Of a stretch of DNA of 64,000 nt, positions 19,229 through 27,566 are shown piece after piece. The DNA lies in assembly GCA_902386555.1 (NCBI GenBank), contig CABMJJ010000009.1:495384-559383 (forward strand). The letters run 5' to 3'. How positions within the stretch are numbered: the first letter of the stretch is position 1; the number at the start of each line of letters is the position of its first letter. The stretch comes from Candidatus Bilamarchaeum dharawalense. GTDB lineage: Archaea; Micrarchaeota; Micrarchaeia; Anstonellales; Bilamarchaeaceae. The position numbers and the translations under genes are program-made. Below the pieces are notes generated by a model. It made no database searches. It was not told where the DNA came from and was given only the letters and a program-made list of their open reading frames with translations.

Positions 19229-19843
19229 TTTTTCTTTTAATATTTTTTCCCTATTCTTTCTTGTAACAAATCCTGCTATTTGCAGTCCAACAGTTGCCAC
19301 ACCTAGCAAAACCAAAGCTACTTCGCTCAAATTTACAAAAACCTTAGTTCCTATTGGTGTAAAAAGTCCATTTGCCCTTAGTACGAAATGTACAAAAGAG
19401 AGAATAAAGGCAAGATAGTTGAACTGTTGTATTCTTTTCCACCAAACTGGACCCAGAACTTTCACTGCAAAATCTGAAGAGGTTAGAGTTAAAATTAACA
19501 AAATTACTGTGGCTAGAACAGCCACCAGACTCGGTACTGAGGCAAGTATCACGTTCAATTGCCAGTTAAATACCGAGGTCATGGCAAGGAAAAAATGAAG
19601 CACTATAAAAATAAATGTAGTAATTCCAACTGCCCTTCTTGGTTCAATCAATTGAGCGTATTCCTTTGGCCAGATGGTGACCAGGGGTCCAATGATTAGT
19701 GAGATGCACAAAAGAAAGAAACTGGATAGTGCAAAAAATCTGTCATAGGCGGTGACTGTTGGAACTGGGAACATTGATTGATAAACGCCAATAAGTGCGA
19801 TCCCCAGAATTAAGAGTAAAAACAGAAAACTTATCTTTTGCAT
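19190..19843 (-). CDS. ferric-reductase-like transmembrane (MsrQ/YedZ-type) heme-b membrane protein
   Basis: Six predicted TM helices. Segments EPRRAVGITTFIFIVLHFFL and WWKRIQQFNYLAFILSFVHFVL match the family's conserved His-bearing helices. Confidence 0.6.
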   Translation of the reverse strand: MQKISFLFLLLILGIALIGVYQSMFPVPTVTAYDRFFALSSFFLLCISLIIGPLVTIWPKEYAQLIEPRRAVGITTFIFIVLHFFLAMTSVFNWQLNVILASVPSLVAVLATVILLILTLTSSDFAVKVLGPVWWKRIQQFNYLAFILSFVHFVLRANGLFTPIGTKVFVNLSEVALVLLGVATVGLQIAGFVTRKNREKILKEKSAQTLSTDHGGG

Positions 19844-20647
19844 CTAATCATCCTCGTATTCTTCTTCTTCATATTCTCTCAATCCAGTTGGAATGGTGTT
19901 ATTGATGGGTGAAATGGTGTTAGTGATATTCTGTCCAAGTTGACCAATTATAAAATTATCCATCCATGCATTTGCCGTGGCTGAATGACTATTTCCCTGG
20001 CCCCCTTTCGTATTAAATGCCTCAGTTGCTTCAGTTCCACAGTAGGGCAGATATGTTCCCCCTCCTGGGTGACTGCTAAATGATGTTAAATTCAACACAT
20101 TTCCGTTTATGACTATCCAACAATCATCTGCCTTATTATGTTTTGCAACTTCTTCCATTGTTAGGGTTATCTGAGGTGTTGTCGGGATAATAGGTGGTGT
20201 ATCATTCAAAATTGGAGGTATATCTGCTGGTGTATTATTTTGTTTAGGTGGCTGCTCGATTACGTTATTTAATTCTCCTATGATAAATTGAACCATCTGC
20301 GAAGCTGCATTTTCAGAATGCGGTACGCCTGTTCCACCTTTAGTGTTAAAAGCAACAGTGGCATCAGTACCGCAAAAAGGCACGTAAGCGTTGCCACCTG
20401 GGTGTGTTACAAAGGAACTCAAATTCAACACCTTCCCGTTTATAACCATCCAACAGTCTGTTGCAGTATTGTGTTTTGTGACTTCGGCCATGGTTAGATT
20501 TAATACACCCAAATCGGAACTCGTATTTCCAGTTGGCTGTGTTATCTGGCCATTTCCATTCTGATTACTCGCTGGTTTCAAGTCCTGTGGGTTCATTGTA
20601 CAACCCAGAAGCAGCAAAGCTAGCGCTAATAAAATTACATATCTCAT
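19844..20647 (-). CDS. exported lipoprotein with two tandem cytochrome b5-like heme-binding domains
   Basis: Lipobox-like LLLLGC. There are two copies of ...KHN..DCW.VING.VLNL.SF..HPGG......CGT.AT.AFNTKGG.G..HS. Its stop directly abuts the start of 19190..19843. Confidence 0.75.
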   Translation of the reverse strand: MRYVILLALALLLLGCTMNPQDLKPASNQNGNGQITQPTGNTSSDLGVLNLTMAEVTKHNTATDCWMVINGKVLNLSSFVTHPGGNAYVPFCGTDATVAFNTKGGTGVPHSENAASQMVQFIIGELNNVIEQPPKQNNTPADIPPILNDTPPIIPTTPQITLTMEEVAKHNKADDCWIVINGNVLNLTSFSSHPGGGTYLPYCGTEATEAFNTKGGQGNSHSATANAWMDNFIIGQLGQNITNTISPINNTIPTGLREYEEEEYEDD

Positions 20648-20679
20648 AGAGCCACCTCACTTTTTTTCATAGCCAAACT

Positions 20680-21900
20680 TTATAATAGGAAGGTTATGAC
20701 CACATAGGCCAGTCCTATGGCAGAGAAAGCCACAAACCAGACAAAGCCGTTCCATTCTTTTATGTCTTTTCCATCTAATCCGCTAAATGGTAGCATTTCT
20801 GCCATTGCCCAAAGTGCACTTGTACTATAAACCACCCGATAGATTGGTGACGGATCAAAGAAATATATTCCTGCAAAAACCACCATAACAACTGCACTGA
20901 CCACCGGTGCAGCCAGTTTCATCAAACCAACTTTCCATTTTGCAGTTTTTGGATCAATTTCCTCAAGCAGGAATGCTTGAATCGAGAATGCATTTCCAAG
21001 ATAGGAACTTAAAAGTGTGAGAGCAGAACCAGCTGGCCAAAATTTATATTCTATTTTAATCTTAAACAAAATTGCCATTATTTTATGGGTTACCTCGTGT
21101 AAAATCGCCCCAGCCAAGCATATTATGCTGTTTATGACGAGCCATTTTAGAAAGTCGGGTGATGGACCAAAATATTGCCAGCTTATGGAAATGCCCAATA
21201 CAATGGACGCTCCGATGATCGCAATGATCTCACTGATATTTATCTTCCAGATAAATATCGATCCCTGACCTACCTTCTTACCTTTTCTCCCAAAGTCCAG
21301 CGCTTTGAATTCAAAAACAGTTTTGACAACATTAATCAGTGCGAGAATAATCACCGAAATACCAGTAGCCGCAACTGGAATGTACTCTTTTGGTATAATT
21401 CCATTCAATGGAGAATAGCTGGTACTTTCACGTTTTGATGCAATTTCGTAACCCTGCTTATCTGATATGGTCACTACCGTGGCATTTCCCCATTTTCCGG
21501 TTTCAACTGTTATTCCACCTTCGAATTGAAAGCTCTCATTCAGGTAGCCGTTATTTTTTACATAATTAGTTAGGTTATTCTGGGATGGCCCGCCAACTAA
21601 AATAATAAGTTTGTAACTATCATCTGTAAAATTTGTTTCTCTAACTTCTTTTACGTTATTCAACCATGGATTTTGAACTTTGGTTGCCTGAATTATCAGT
21701 TTTTCCCCCAAACTTGCATCTTCACCAACTACAATAACACTATTTTGTTGAAAGAACAATTCCGTATCTGCCTGATTGGTAATGTTGGCATCCATTTGCG
21801 TGCTAATCTTAAGAAAAAGCATACCAGGATCAGAACTATTGGCTGCAGCAAAAACTACCAATTGCATTATAAGTAGAAAAAATACCAAACGATTATTCAT
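20680..21900 (-). CDS. M50/site-2-protease-like membrane metalloprotease with an N-terminal extracytoplasmic domain
   Basis: HEVTH lies within a TM helix, and MLPFSGLDG (the NxxPxxxLDG-type second motif) lies downstream. Confidence 0.6.
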   Translation of the reverse strand: MNNRLVFFLLIMQLVVFAAANSSDPGMLFLKISTQMDANITNQADTELFFQQNSVIVVGEDASLGEKLIIQATKVQNPWLNNVKEVRETNFTDDSYKLIILVGGPSQNNLTNYVKNNGYLNESFQFEGGITVETGKWGNATVVTISDKQGYEIASKRESTSYSPLNGIIPKEYIPVAATGISVIILALINVVKTVFEFKALDFGRKGKKVGQGSIFIWKINISEIIAIIGASIVLGISISWQYFGPSPDFLKWLVINSIICLAGAILHEVTHKIMAILFKIKIEYKFWPAGSALTLLSSYLGNAFSIQAFLLEEIDPKTAKWKVGLMKLAAPVVSAVVMVVFAGIYFFDPSPIYRVVYSTSALWAMAEMLPFSGLDGKDIKEWNGFVWFVAFSAIGLAYVVITFLL

Positions 21901-21905
21901 AAACT

Positions 21906-22469
21906 CTATCTCATACTGCCAAATCTTGGTTGGAATGGTGGTTTGGTGAAAAGATAGTACTTTTCCTTGCCTTCAAGTTCACTCAGAACCCTCTGGACAA
22001 AGATTCCAGTTGGATCTGCAAGGCTTGGCACTCTCTTATGAAGATCAGCTATGGATTCAAATGGCTTGACCTCTCTTTCCTTGAGGATTGCTTCCATATT
22101 CTTTTTTCCAATACCTGGTAACAAATCCAGGGTGTGCACTCTAATTGAAATTGGTTTAGCGTGATTTATGAAATTAACAAAATCCATTTCTCTTTCCCCA
22201 ACTGCCTTCTTTATCATGGTTGGTAAAAATTCTCTGGCACCATTGGTAAGATCACTGTACCCTATTCTACCTTTTATGTGGGCAATTTCTTTTCTTCCTT
22301 CTTTACCAACATACACGTTCTGTCCTAATACGATAGTTGCAGATGGATTTACCGTGGCTTCTAGCAATGTAAAGAATCGAGTTCCAAGAAGCTGTACCAC
22401 TGGTTCTTTTCTTATGGCATCAGCTCGGCCTGCTGATAAATACTCGATCACCCATGCATTATCCTCCAT
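21906..22469 (-). CDS. DUF655 (COG1491) OB-fold/helix-hairpin-helix protein
   Basis: LDLLPGIGKKNMEAIL HhH motif. It lies in the conserved archaeal L21e-Rpo4-DUF655 gene order. Confidence 0.7.
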   Translation of the reverse strand: MEDNAWVIEYLSAGRADAIRKEPVVQLLGTRFFTLLEATVNPSATIVLGQNVYVGKEGRKEIAHIKGRIGYSDLTNGAREFLPTMIKKAVGEREMDFVNFINHAKPISIRVHTLDLLPGIGKKNMEAILKEREVKPFESIADLHKRVPSLADPTGIFVQRVLSELEGKEKYYLFTKPPFQPRFGSMR

Positions 22470-22482
22470 AGTAACCCCCTCT

Positions 22483-22809
22483 TTAAGCTAATTCTTTAAG
22501 GATTTTCTCAACTTCTTCATCAGACATTTCCACTCTGTCTTTCACCAGGATTGCTCTAAGAGTTGCCGAGGTTGCAGGGCGTATATCTACGATTTTAACT
22601 GCCAGATCAGCACTTATCTTTTCATGTTTTCTAAGGTTTTCAATTATTTTTTTTGCTTTGTCTTCTTCGGCTATGGCAAATCTTTCAGTATTCTCAAGTG
22701 CCTGGGACTGCTCGTATCCAAGTTCCCCATCACCCTTTCTTTTACTTAGTATTGTCTTTGCCTCGCTCAGCGAGACCGGTTTAGAAGATTTAATTTCCAT
22801 CGATACCAC
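22483..22809 (-). CDS. rpoF: DNA-directed RNA polymerase subunit Rpo4/F
   Basis: About 105 aa. The segment SLSEAKTILSKRKGDGELGYEQSQALENTERFA fits, as does the position downstream of L21e. The start is either the GTG at 22809 or the ATG at 22800. Confidence 0.75.
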   Translation of the reverse strand: MVSMEIKSSKPVSLSEAKTILSKRKGDGELGYEQSQALENTERFAIAEEDKAKKIIENLRKHEKISADLAVKIVDIRPATSATLRAILVKDRVEMSDEEVEKILKELA

Positions 22810-22812
22810 CCA

Positions 22813-23097
22813 TCACATTAGTTTTAAATGAACCGCACCTACTACGATTGCCTTGGTTGTTTTGAAATCTCCAACCTCAACAACGTAGCCCCTCCCTCGT
22901 TTTTCTATAACCGTACCATGCTTGCCAGTGTATCTCAAATGAGGCAATCCCTTATACTTTGCCATTGGGCTGATAATTACCCTATCCCCTACTTTGAACG
23001 TCTGAACAAGCTTGGCTACGCTGATTCTGCTCTTTCCCTTGAGCTTTCGAGTCCTTCTATTAAATGCACCCTTTGAAGCTTTAACCATTTTAATCAC
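22813..23097 (-). CDS. rpl21e: 50S ribosomal protein L21e
   Basis: MVKASKGAFNRRTRKL...FKVGDRVII...GKHGTVIEKRGRGYVVEV. The ATG at 23088 is an alternative start. Confidence 0.9.
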   Translation of the reverse strand: MIKMVKASKGAFNRRTRKLKGKSRISVAKLVQTFKVGDRVIISPMAKYKGLPHLRYTGKHGTVIEKRGRGYVVEVGDFKTTKAIVVGAVHLKLM

Positions 23098-23152
23098 AGT
23101 AATTAGTTTGTACGAAGTTGATGAGAGAAAGTCTTTTTAAACAATTGCCTCC

Positions 23153-23160
23153 TTTATAAA
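23153..23160 (+). promoter_or_regulatory. TATA-box candidate (TTTATAAA) for tbp
   Basis: It is centred about 31 nt upstream of the TTG start at 23188, which implies a very short leader or none. Confidence 0.4.
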
Positions 23161-23187
23161 TGTTAAGTTTATTGGATAGGTGGTATA

Positions 23188-23757
23188 TTGTCAAAGAAAC
23201 CTGATTTTGTAATTACGAATATGGTTGCCTCGGCATCTTTAGGACTTGAGCTTGATCTGTATGCTCTTGCAAACAAAATTCCTGAAATAGAATATGAACC
23301 AGAACAATTCCCTGGTGCTATTCTGAAATTCAAGGATCCAAAGGCCTCATTGTTGCTGTTCAAAAACGGTAAAGTGGTTTGTGTTGGTTGTAAAAAGCGC
23401 GAATTGATAGAGAAGACGATCCAAAAAACCATCAAAATGCTTACGCCCTATGCAAAACGAATTACCAAAACAAAAAAACCACATATAGAAATAACAAACA
23501 TCGTTGCTTCGGCTGCACTTAATCTTGAACTTGATCTTTACAAAATAGCATACAAGATAAAAGATGTTGAATATGAACCAGAACAATTCCCTGGTGCTAT
23601 TCTGAAATTCAAGGATCCAAAGGCCTCATTATTACTGTTCAAAAACGGTAAAGTCATTTGCGCCGGTGCAAAGAACGAGAAGGAGATCCGTATCGTATTA
23701 GCTAAAGCAAAAACCCTTCTCAAGCCCTATGCAGAAAAACCAATGCAACGAGGGTAA
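23188..23757 (+). CDS. tbp: TATA-box binding protein
   Basis: Two TBP repeats (ITN[MI]VASA.L.LELDLY...EYEPEQFPGAILKF...). The conserved ITNMVAS segment lies upstream of the first ATG, so the TTG at 23188 is the likely start. Confidence 0.9.
   Translation: MSKKPDFVITNMVASASLGLELDLYALANKIPEIEYEPEQFPGAILKFKDPKASLLLFKNGKVVCVGCKKRELIEKTIQKTIKMLTPYAKRITKTKKPHIEITNIVASAALNLELDLYKIAYKIKDVEYEPEQFPGAILKFKDPKASLLLFKNGKVICAGAKNEKEIRIVLAKAKTLLKPYAEKPMQRG
23290..23375 (+). repeat. copy 1 of the 86-nt near-identical intragenic repeat in tbp
   Basis: 84 of 86 nt are identical to 23569..23654 at an offset of 279 nt. Both differences are synonymous Leu codons (ttg ttg versus tta tta). Confidence 0.95.
23569..23654 (+). 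repeat. copy 2 of the 86-nt near-identical intragenic repeat in tbp
   Basis: See copy 1. The flanks on both sides diverge sharply at the DNA level. Confidence 0.95.
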
Positions 23758-23760
23758 ATT

Positions 23761-24333
23761 GTGAGAGTGCTTGTTGGAGTTGTTTTATTTCTTTTTATCG
23801 TTGGACTAACCAGTGCCGCTCTTGGTCTTAAAACCATTCACGAGTGCGAATCAGACCCTAAAATCGATCGAGATTCACTTAGAATCAAATGTTATCATTC
23901 TGCAGCAATGACTTCGGCATATATCGGTGATATTCCACAGGCAAAAGCAACCTGCGAATCCATTTGGCGTGATTTTGGTATGCTTGTGGATAAGGACGGT
24001 AGTGATCTTGGTAAAGTTGCAGAGCTTGAGTCCAACGCCTGTTATTATGATATCGCAAAAATAATCCGCGATCCTGAAATATGCGATTTAATCAGCCAAA
24101 GATATGATTTTGATGCTAAGTTATTTGGAGATAGGGTTACGCGTGAAAATTGTATTAACGAAGTGTGCAGACTGTCCCAGATTGTCCCCCAAAACTATTT
24201 TGGCACAACAGTTACAACCACCCCTCCTGGTATGTGCCCCCCACCTGTTGCATCTGACAACATCTGCAATATGATTATTTTTATTCTCCCGTTGTTTTTA
24301 CTAGGGGTTTGGAAATTTTCAAGAAATAGCTAA
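23761..24333 (+). CDS. hypothetical exported Cys-rich protein with a C-terminal TM anchor
   Basis: GTG start 4 nt after the tbp stop. It has a signal-like N-terminus, 12 or more Cys, a Thr/Pro linker and a terminal hydrophobic helix ending in a basic tail. Confidence 0.55.
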   Translation: MRVLVGVVLFLFIVGLTSAALGLKTIHECESDPKIDRDSLRIKCYHSAAMTSAYIGDIPQAKATCESIWRDFGMLVDKDGSDLGKVAELESNACYYDIAKIIRDPEICDLISQRYDFDAKLFGDRVTRENCINEVCRLSQIVPQNYFGTTVTTTPPGMCPPPVASDNICNMIIFILPLFLLGVWKFSRNS

Positions 24334-24377
24334 AAATAATTATTCGAATGATGATTCATTTGAAACGCTATTGCGTT

Positions 24378-24665
24378 TCACTCTATATCCATCAATTCAA
24401 GTGCTTTCTTTACACTCATCCCTTCGCGTATTCCAAGATCTTCAGCCCAGGTGGTTGCAACTCTTATCTTAGCTTTTTTCATATCATCCAGGCATTTTAC
24501 CCCAGATACAAAAGCTGCTATATCGCCAACTCGTTCTGCGGTTTCCTTGTCTATGTAGCTACAGGCAATGTATCCTTTTTTTGCTTTGACAACGATGAGT
24601 GGTAGGTTTCCTATATCCTGCTTCAGTGCAATGTATTTCTTTCCCTCAAAGGAAATTTCATCCAT
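24378..24665 (-). CDS. DUF1805 (YunC-like) protein
   Basis: MDEISFEGKKYIALKQDIGNLPLIVVKAKKGYIACSYID... The start ATG overlaps the eS26 stop as ATGGATGA. Confidence 0.6.
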   Translation of the reverse strand: MDEISFEGKKYIALKQDIGNLPLIVVKAKKGYIACSYIDKETAERVGDIAAFVSGVKCLDDMKKAKIRVATTWAEDLGIREGMSVKKALELMDIE

Positions 24666-24906
24666 AGGATTCCCTCTCTCTTTGGCGTTGCGCTTGTTGT
24701 TTAAGTTTTTCGAAAATCTTTCTATGCTTAGCGCAACTAATGCAATAATACACATCTCTAAATCCAGTGTAAGTTACATTATCTTCCTTGAGATCGGTTG
24801 TAAAATGAGTTCTAGTACTATATTCAACAGCCTTATCACGTGGAACTGATCTACCGCACGAAGAGCACGATTCAAGCCGGTCTCTTCCTCGTCTTTTGTT
24901 TCCCAT
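24658..24906 (-). CDS. rps26e: 30S ribosomal protein eS26
   Basis: MGNKRRGRDRLESCSSCGRSVPRDKAV...YYCISCAKH matches the eS26 C..C.R.VP.DKA ... YC.SCA.H pattern. Confidence 0.7.
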   Translation of the reverse strand: MGNKRRGRDRLESCSSCGRSVPRDKAVEYSTRTHFTTDLKEDNVTYTGFRDVYYCISCAKHRKIFEKLKQQAQRQRERESYG

Positions 24907-24916
24907 ATGGTCGCCC

Positions 24917-25690
24917 TCATTTAAGTTTTCCAAGACAGATGCCGTTCAGGCGAAATACTAATGCATCGTTGAGTTTAAATAGTTTGTTATTAATCAGAGG
25001 TCCAAATTTGGTTTTATCGTCGATATTTATGGGCGTTCCGATCACCGGATTGAAAGCAGGCATTAAAATAAGTTTTATTTTTTTGTTGAACTTTCCGTAT
25101 CGTTTTTTTATAACTTCCACGTCTGGCTTTGCCACCACCCAAACGGGTTCACTGCGCTTTTTTCCAAATGCATCGGTTATGGAGATCATTGGATGTTGAT
25201 GACCCATGATCAGGTGGCTACACCCCATCAATTCTTCTGCTGGCCAGGAGTGACCATGAATAAGTCCGAGTTTTTCATAAACAAATCCACTTGCTGCTTT
25301 TACCTCTGCGTTTCCACCATGTCCTTGAACTGCACGTCGTTCAAGACTGCCGGAATTGATTGCATCAATTCCGCCATCATGATTTCCCCTGACAATAATA
25401 ACTTTACACAGCATGGATAATTTTGCCAAAATCTCTTCTGTTGTGCGATCCAACATTGTTATATCTTCTTTTACATCGCCCAACAGGATTAGTGTTTTTA
25501 CTTTATGATCCACTATTAATTCTTTAAGTTTGGAGAAGAGGCGTGTGCTAAATTGTTCATCATACACTCCCCTTTGTCGTAGTTTCCATTCCATTCCAAA
25601 ATGAGTATCTCCAACTATAAGTGCACCTTTATGAAGAATAGCAGGAGCGTTGTATAATATTTTCATCACTTCTATTTTACACCCGGCCAT
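24917..25690 (-). CDS. calcineurin-like metallophosphoesterase (COG1407-type, DNA-repair associated)
   Basis: Motifs GDTHFG, GDVKED, GNHD, GHSW and GHQHP. It is divergent from the XPD gene. Confidence 0.7.
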   Translation of the reverse strand: MAGCKIEVMKILYNAPAILHKGALIVGDTHFGMEWKLRQRGVYDEQFSTRLFSKLKELIVDHKVKTLILLGDVKEDITMLDRTTEEILAKLSMLCKVIIVRGNHDGGIDAINSGSLERRAVQGHGGNAEVKAASGFVYEKLGLIHGHSWPAEELMGCSHLIMGHQHPMISITDAFGKKRSEPVWVVAKPDVEVIKKRYGKFNKKIKLILMPAFNPVIGTPINIDDKTKFGPLINNKLFKLNDALVFRLNGICLGKLK

Positions 25691-25718
25691 TTAATTCGTT
25701 TTCATTTAAAAGAATGCC

Positions 25719-27554
25719 ATGGCGCTTTATTTTAGACATGATCACGTTAGAGCCTCGCAAAAAGAACTCATGGAGGACATTCATGGCGCCCTAGCCGCTG
25801 GACAAAATTTTATGGCCCAGGCACCAACCGGGCTTGGAAAAACCGATGCATCCATATCTGCAGCCCTATCCTACGCATTGGAGAATGATCTTACTGTTTT
25901 TTTCCTCACACCAAAAATCTCTCAGCATAAAATCGCATTGGATGTTGTCAATGGCATTGCGAAAAAACATTCCCTGCCTGTTCGAGGTGTTGATCTCCTT
26001 GGTCGTGTTCATTGCTGCATCGATCCTTCTCTCTCTGAACTTGATAACGATGGCTTTCAAACAGCATGCATAAAAAAAAGGAAAGACAAAACCTGTCCAT
26101 TCTATACCAATTCCCATGGCTATGGCAAACTGGAACAGGCCAAGGCAGATTTTTCGTTTAAAAAAATCCTAGCTACCTATGGTAGTGGAAAAAGTCACCA
26201 CGAATTAATTCAAGCCGGTCGTGACTCTGCCTGCTGTCCCTATGAATGGCTGATAAAACTGGCCTCAATTTCGAATGTTATTATCGCGGATTACTATCAT
26301 CTTCTAGTTCCTCACATCAGTGTTCCATTTCTCTCAAAGATAAAAAAATCTGTTGACAAATCCATAGTAATTCTAGATGAAGCACACAATCTTTCTTCTC
26401 GCATGCGATCCAGCATGTCAAAAAATCTAAGCAGTTTTAGTTTTGCCAGGGCTGCCAAAGAAATGAGATATCTTAAACTTGATCCTGAAGATCTTGAACA
26501 AAAATTTAACTCCTGGGCTGCTGGAATGTTGGGCGGCTCTAAAGAAAGAACCATAACATCTGATGATTTTCTTCCTGTAATCGAAACTTTTGGTCTTACC
26601 CCCGAGGAAGCAGCTGTAAAACTCGAAGAGATTGGGCTCGAGATCATTCTTCATAGTGGGAAGAAAAGCGCCTGCCTAAGATTGGGTCATTTTATATCTG
26701 ATTGGACTGTGGGTGATAAAAACTGTGTTCGAATTCTGAAAACCAATGGCGAACATTTCTTCCTGTCTAAAAAAATGCTTGACCCATCCCCCTTTACTAG
26801 TCTACTGAATGATTTTTCATCATCCATTCTTATGAGCGGTACGCTATTGCCTCTTTCCATGCACCGTGATGTTCTTGGATTGGACCCATCCAGAACAATA
26901 ATGAAAACCTATACTTCTCCATTTGCCAAGGAGAATTCTGTTAATATAATCACCAAAAACATCACAACAAAATATTCCAAACGTGGTACTGAGGGCTATC
27001 TTAGAATCGCCAAGAAAATCGATGCCATTGTAGCAAAAACCCCAGGTGGCACTGCAGTTTTCTTTCCTTCCTACAAGGTGATGGATGAAGTACTGCCCTA
27101 TCTTTTTTCACAGAATCTCCATATTCAGAAACCAGAAATGAAACCACCAGAAATCCGTCAACTTATTAAAAATTTCAAAAACGGGGGTGTACTATGTGGC
27201 GTGCAGGGTGGTTCACTCTCAGAAGGAGTTGACTATTGTGAAGGCGAGATAAAAACAATCATTGTTGTTGGTGTTGCACTTGATGAAATGGGTCTTGAAA
27301 TCCAGGCATTGATTGATTACTACGATGAAAAATTTGGACGGGGGTGGGATTACGGATACCTATTTCCCGGTACTCTAAAAGCACTTCAAGCTGCTGGCAG
27401 GGCTCTAAGAAAAGAAACCGATCGCGTAGCCATCGTTTACATGGATGAGCGGTTCAACTGGCCCAAATACAATGCAATTTTTGAGCCAGGAACTAAATTT
27501 CTTCTAACTCAAGAACCAGAACGAGCTGTGAACGAATTTTGGAGAAAGGTATAA
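25719..27554 (+). CDS. xpd: XPD/Rad3-type Fe-S DNA helicase
   Basis: Walker A APTGLGKT and DEAH box LDEAHNL. Four Cys (HCC..., ACIKK, KTCPFY, SACCPYEW) lie between motifs I and II. Confidence 0.8.
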   Translation: MALYFRHDHVRASQKELMEDIHGALAAGQNFMAQAPTGLGKTDASISAALSYALENDLTVFFLTPKISQHKIALDVVNGIAKKHSLPVRGVDLLGRVHCCIDPSLSELDNDGFQTACIKKRKDKTCPFYTNSHGYGKLEQAKADFSFKKILATYGSGKSHHELIQAGRDSACCPYEWLIKLASISNVIIADYYHLLVPHISVPFLSKIKKSVDKSIVILDEAHNLSSRMRSSMSKNLSSFSFARAAKEMRYLKLDPEDLEQKFNSWAAGMLGGSKERTITSDDFLPVIETFGLTPEEAAVKLEEIGLEIILHSGKKSACLRLGHFISDWTVGDKNCVRILKTNGEHFFLSKKMLDPSPFTSLLNDFSSSILMSGTLLPLSMHRDVLGLDPSRTIMKTYTSPFAKENSVNIITKNITTKYSKRGTEGYLRIAKKIDAIVAKTPGGTAVFFPSYKVMDEVLPYLFSQNLHIQKPEMKPPEIRQLIKNFKNGGVLCGVQGGSLSEGVDYCEGEIKTIIVVGVALDEMGLEIQALIDYYDEKFGRGWDYGYLFPGTLKALQAAGRALRKETDRVAIVYMDERFNWPKYNAIFEPGTKFLLTQEPERAVNEFWRKV

Positions 27555-27566
27555 TCTATTACTACT

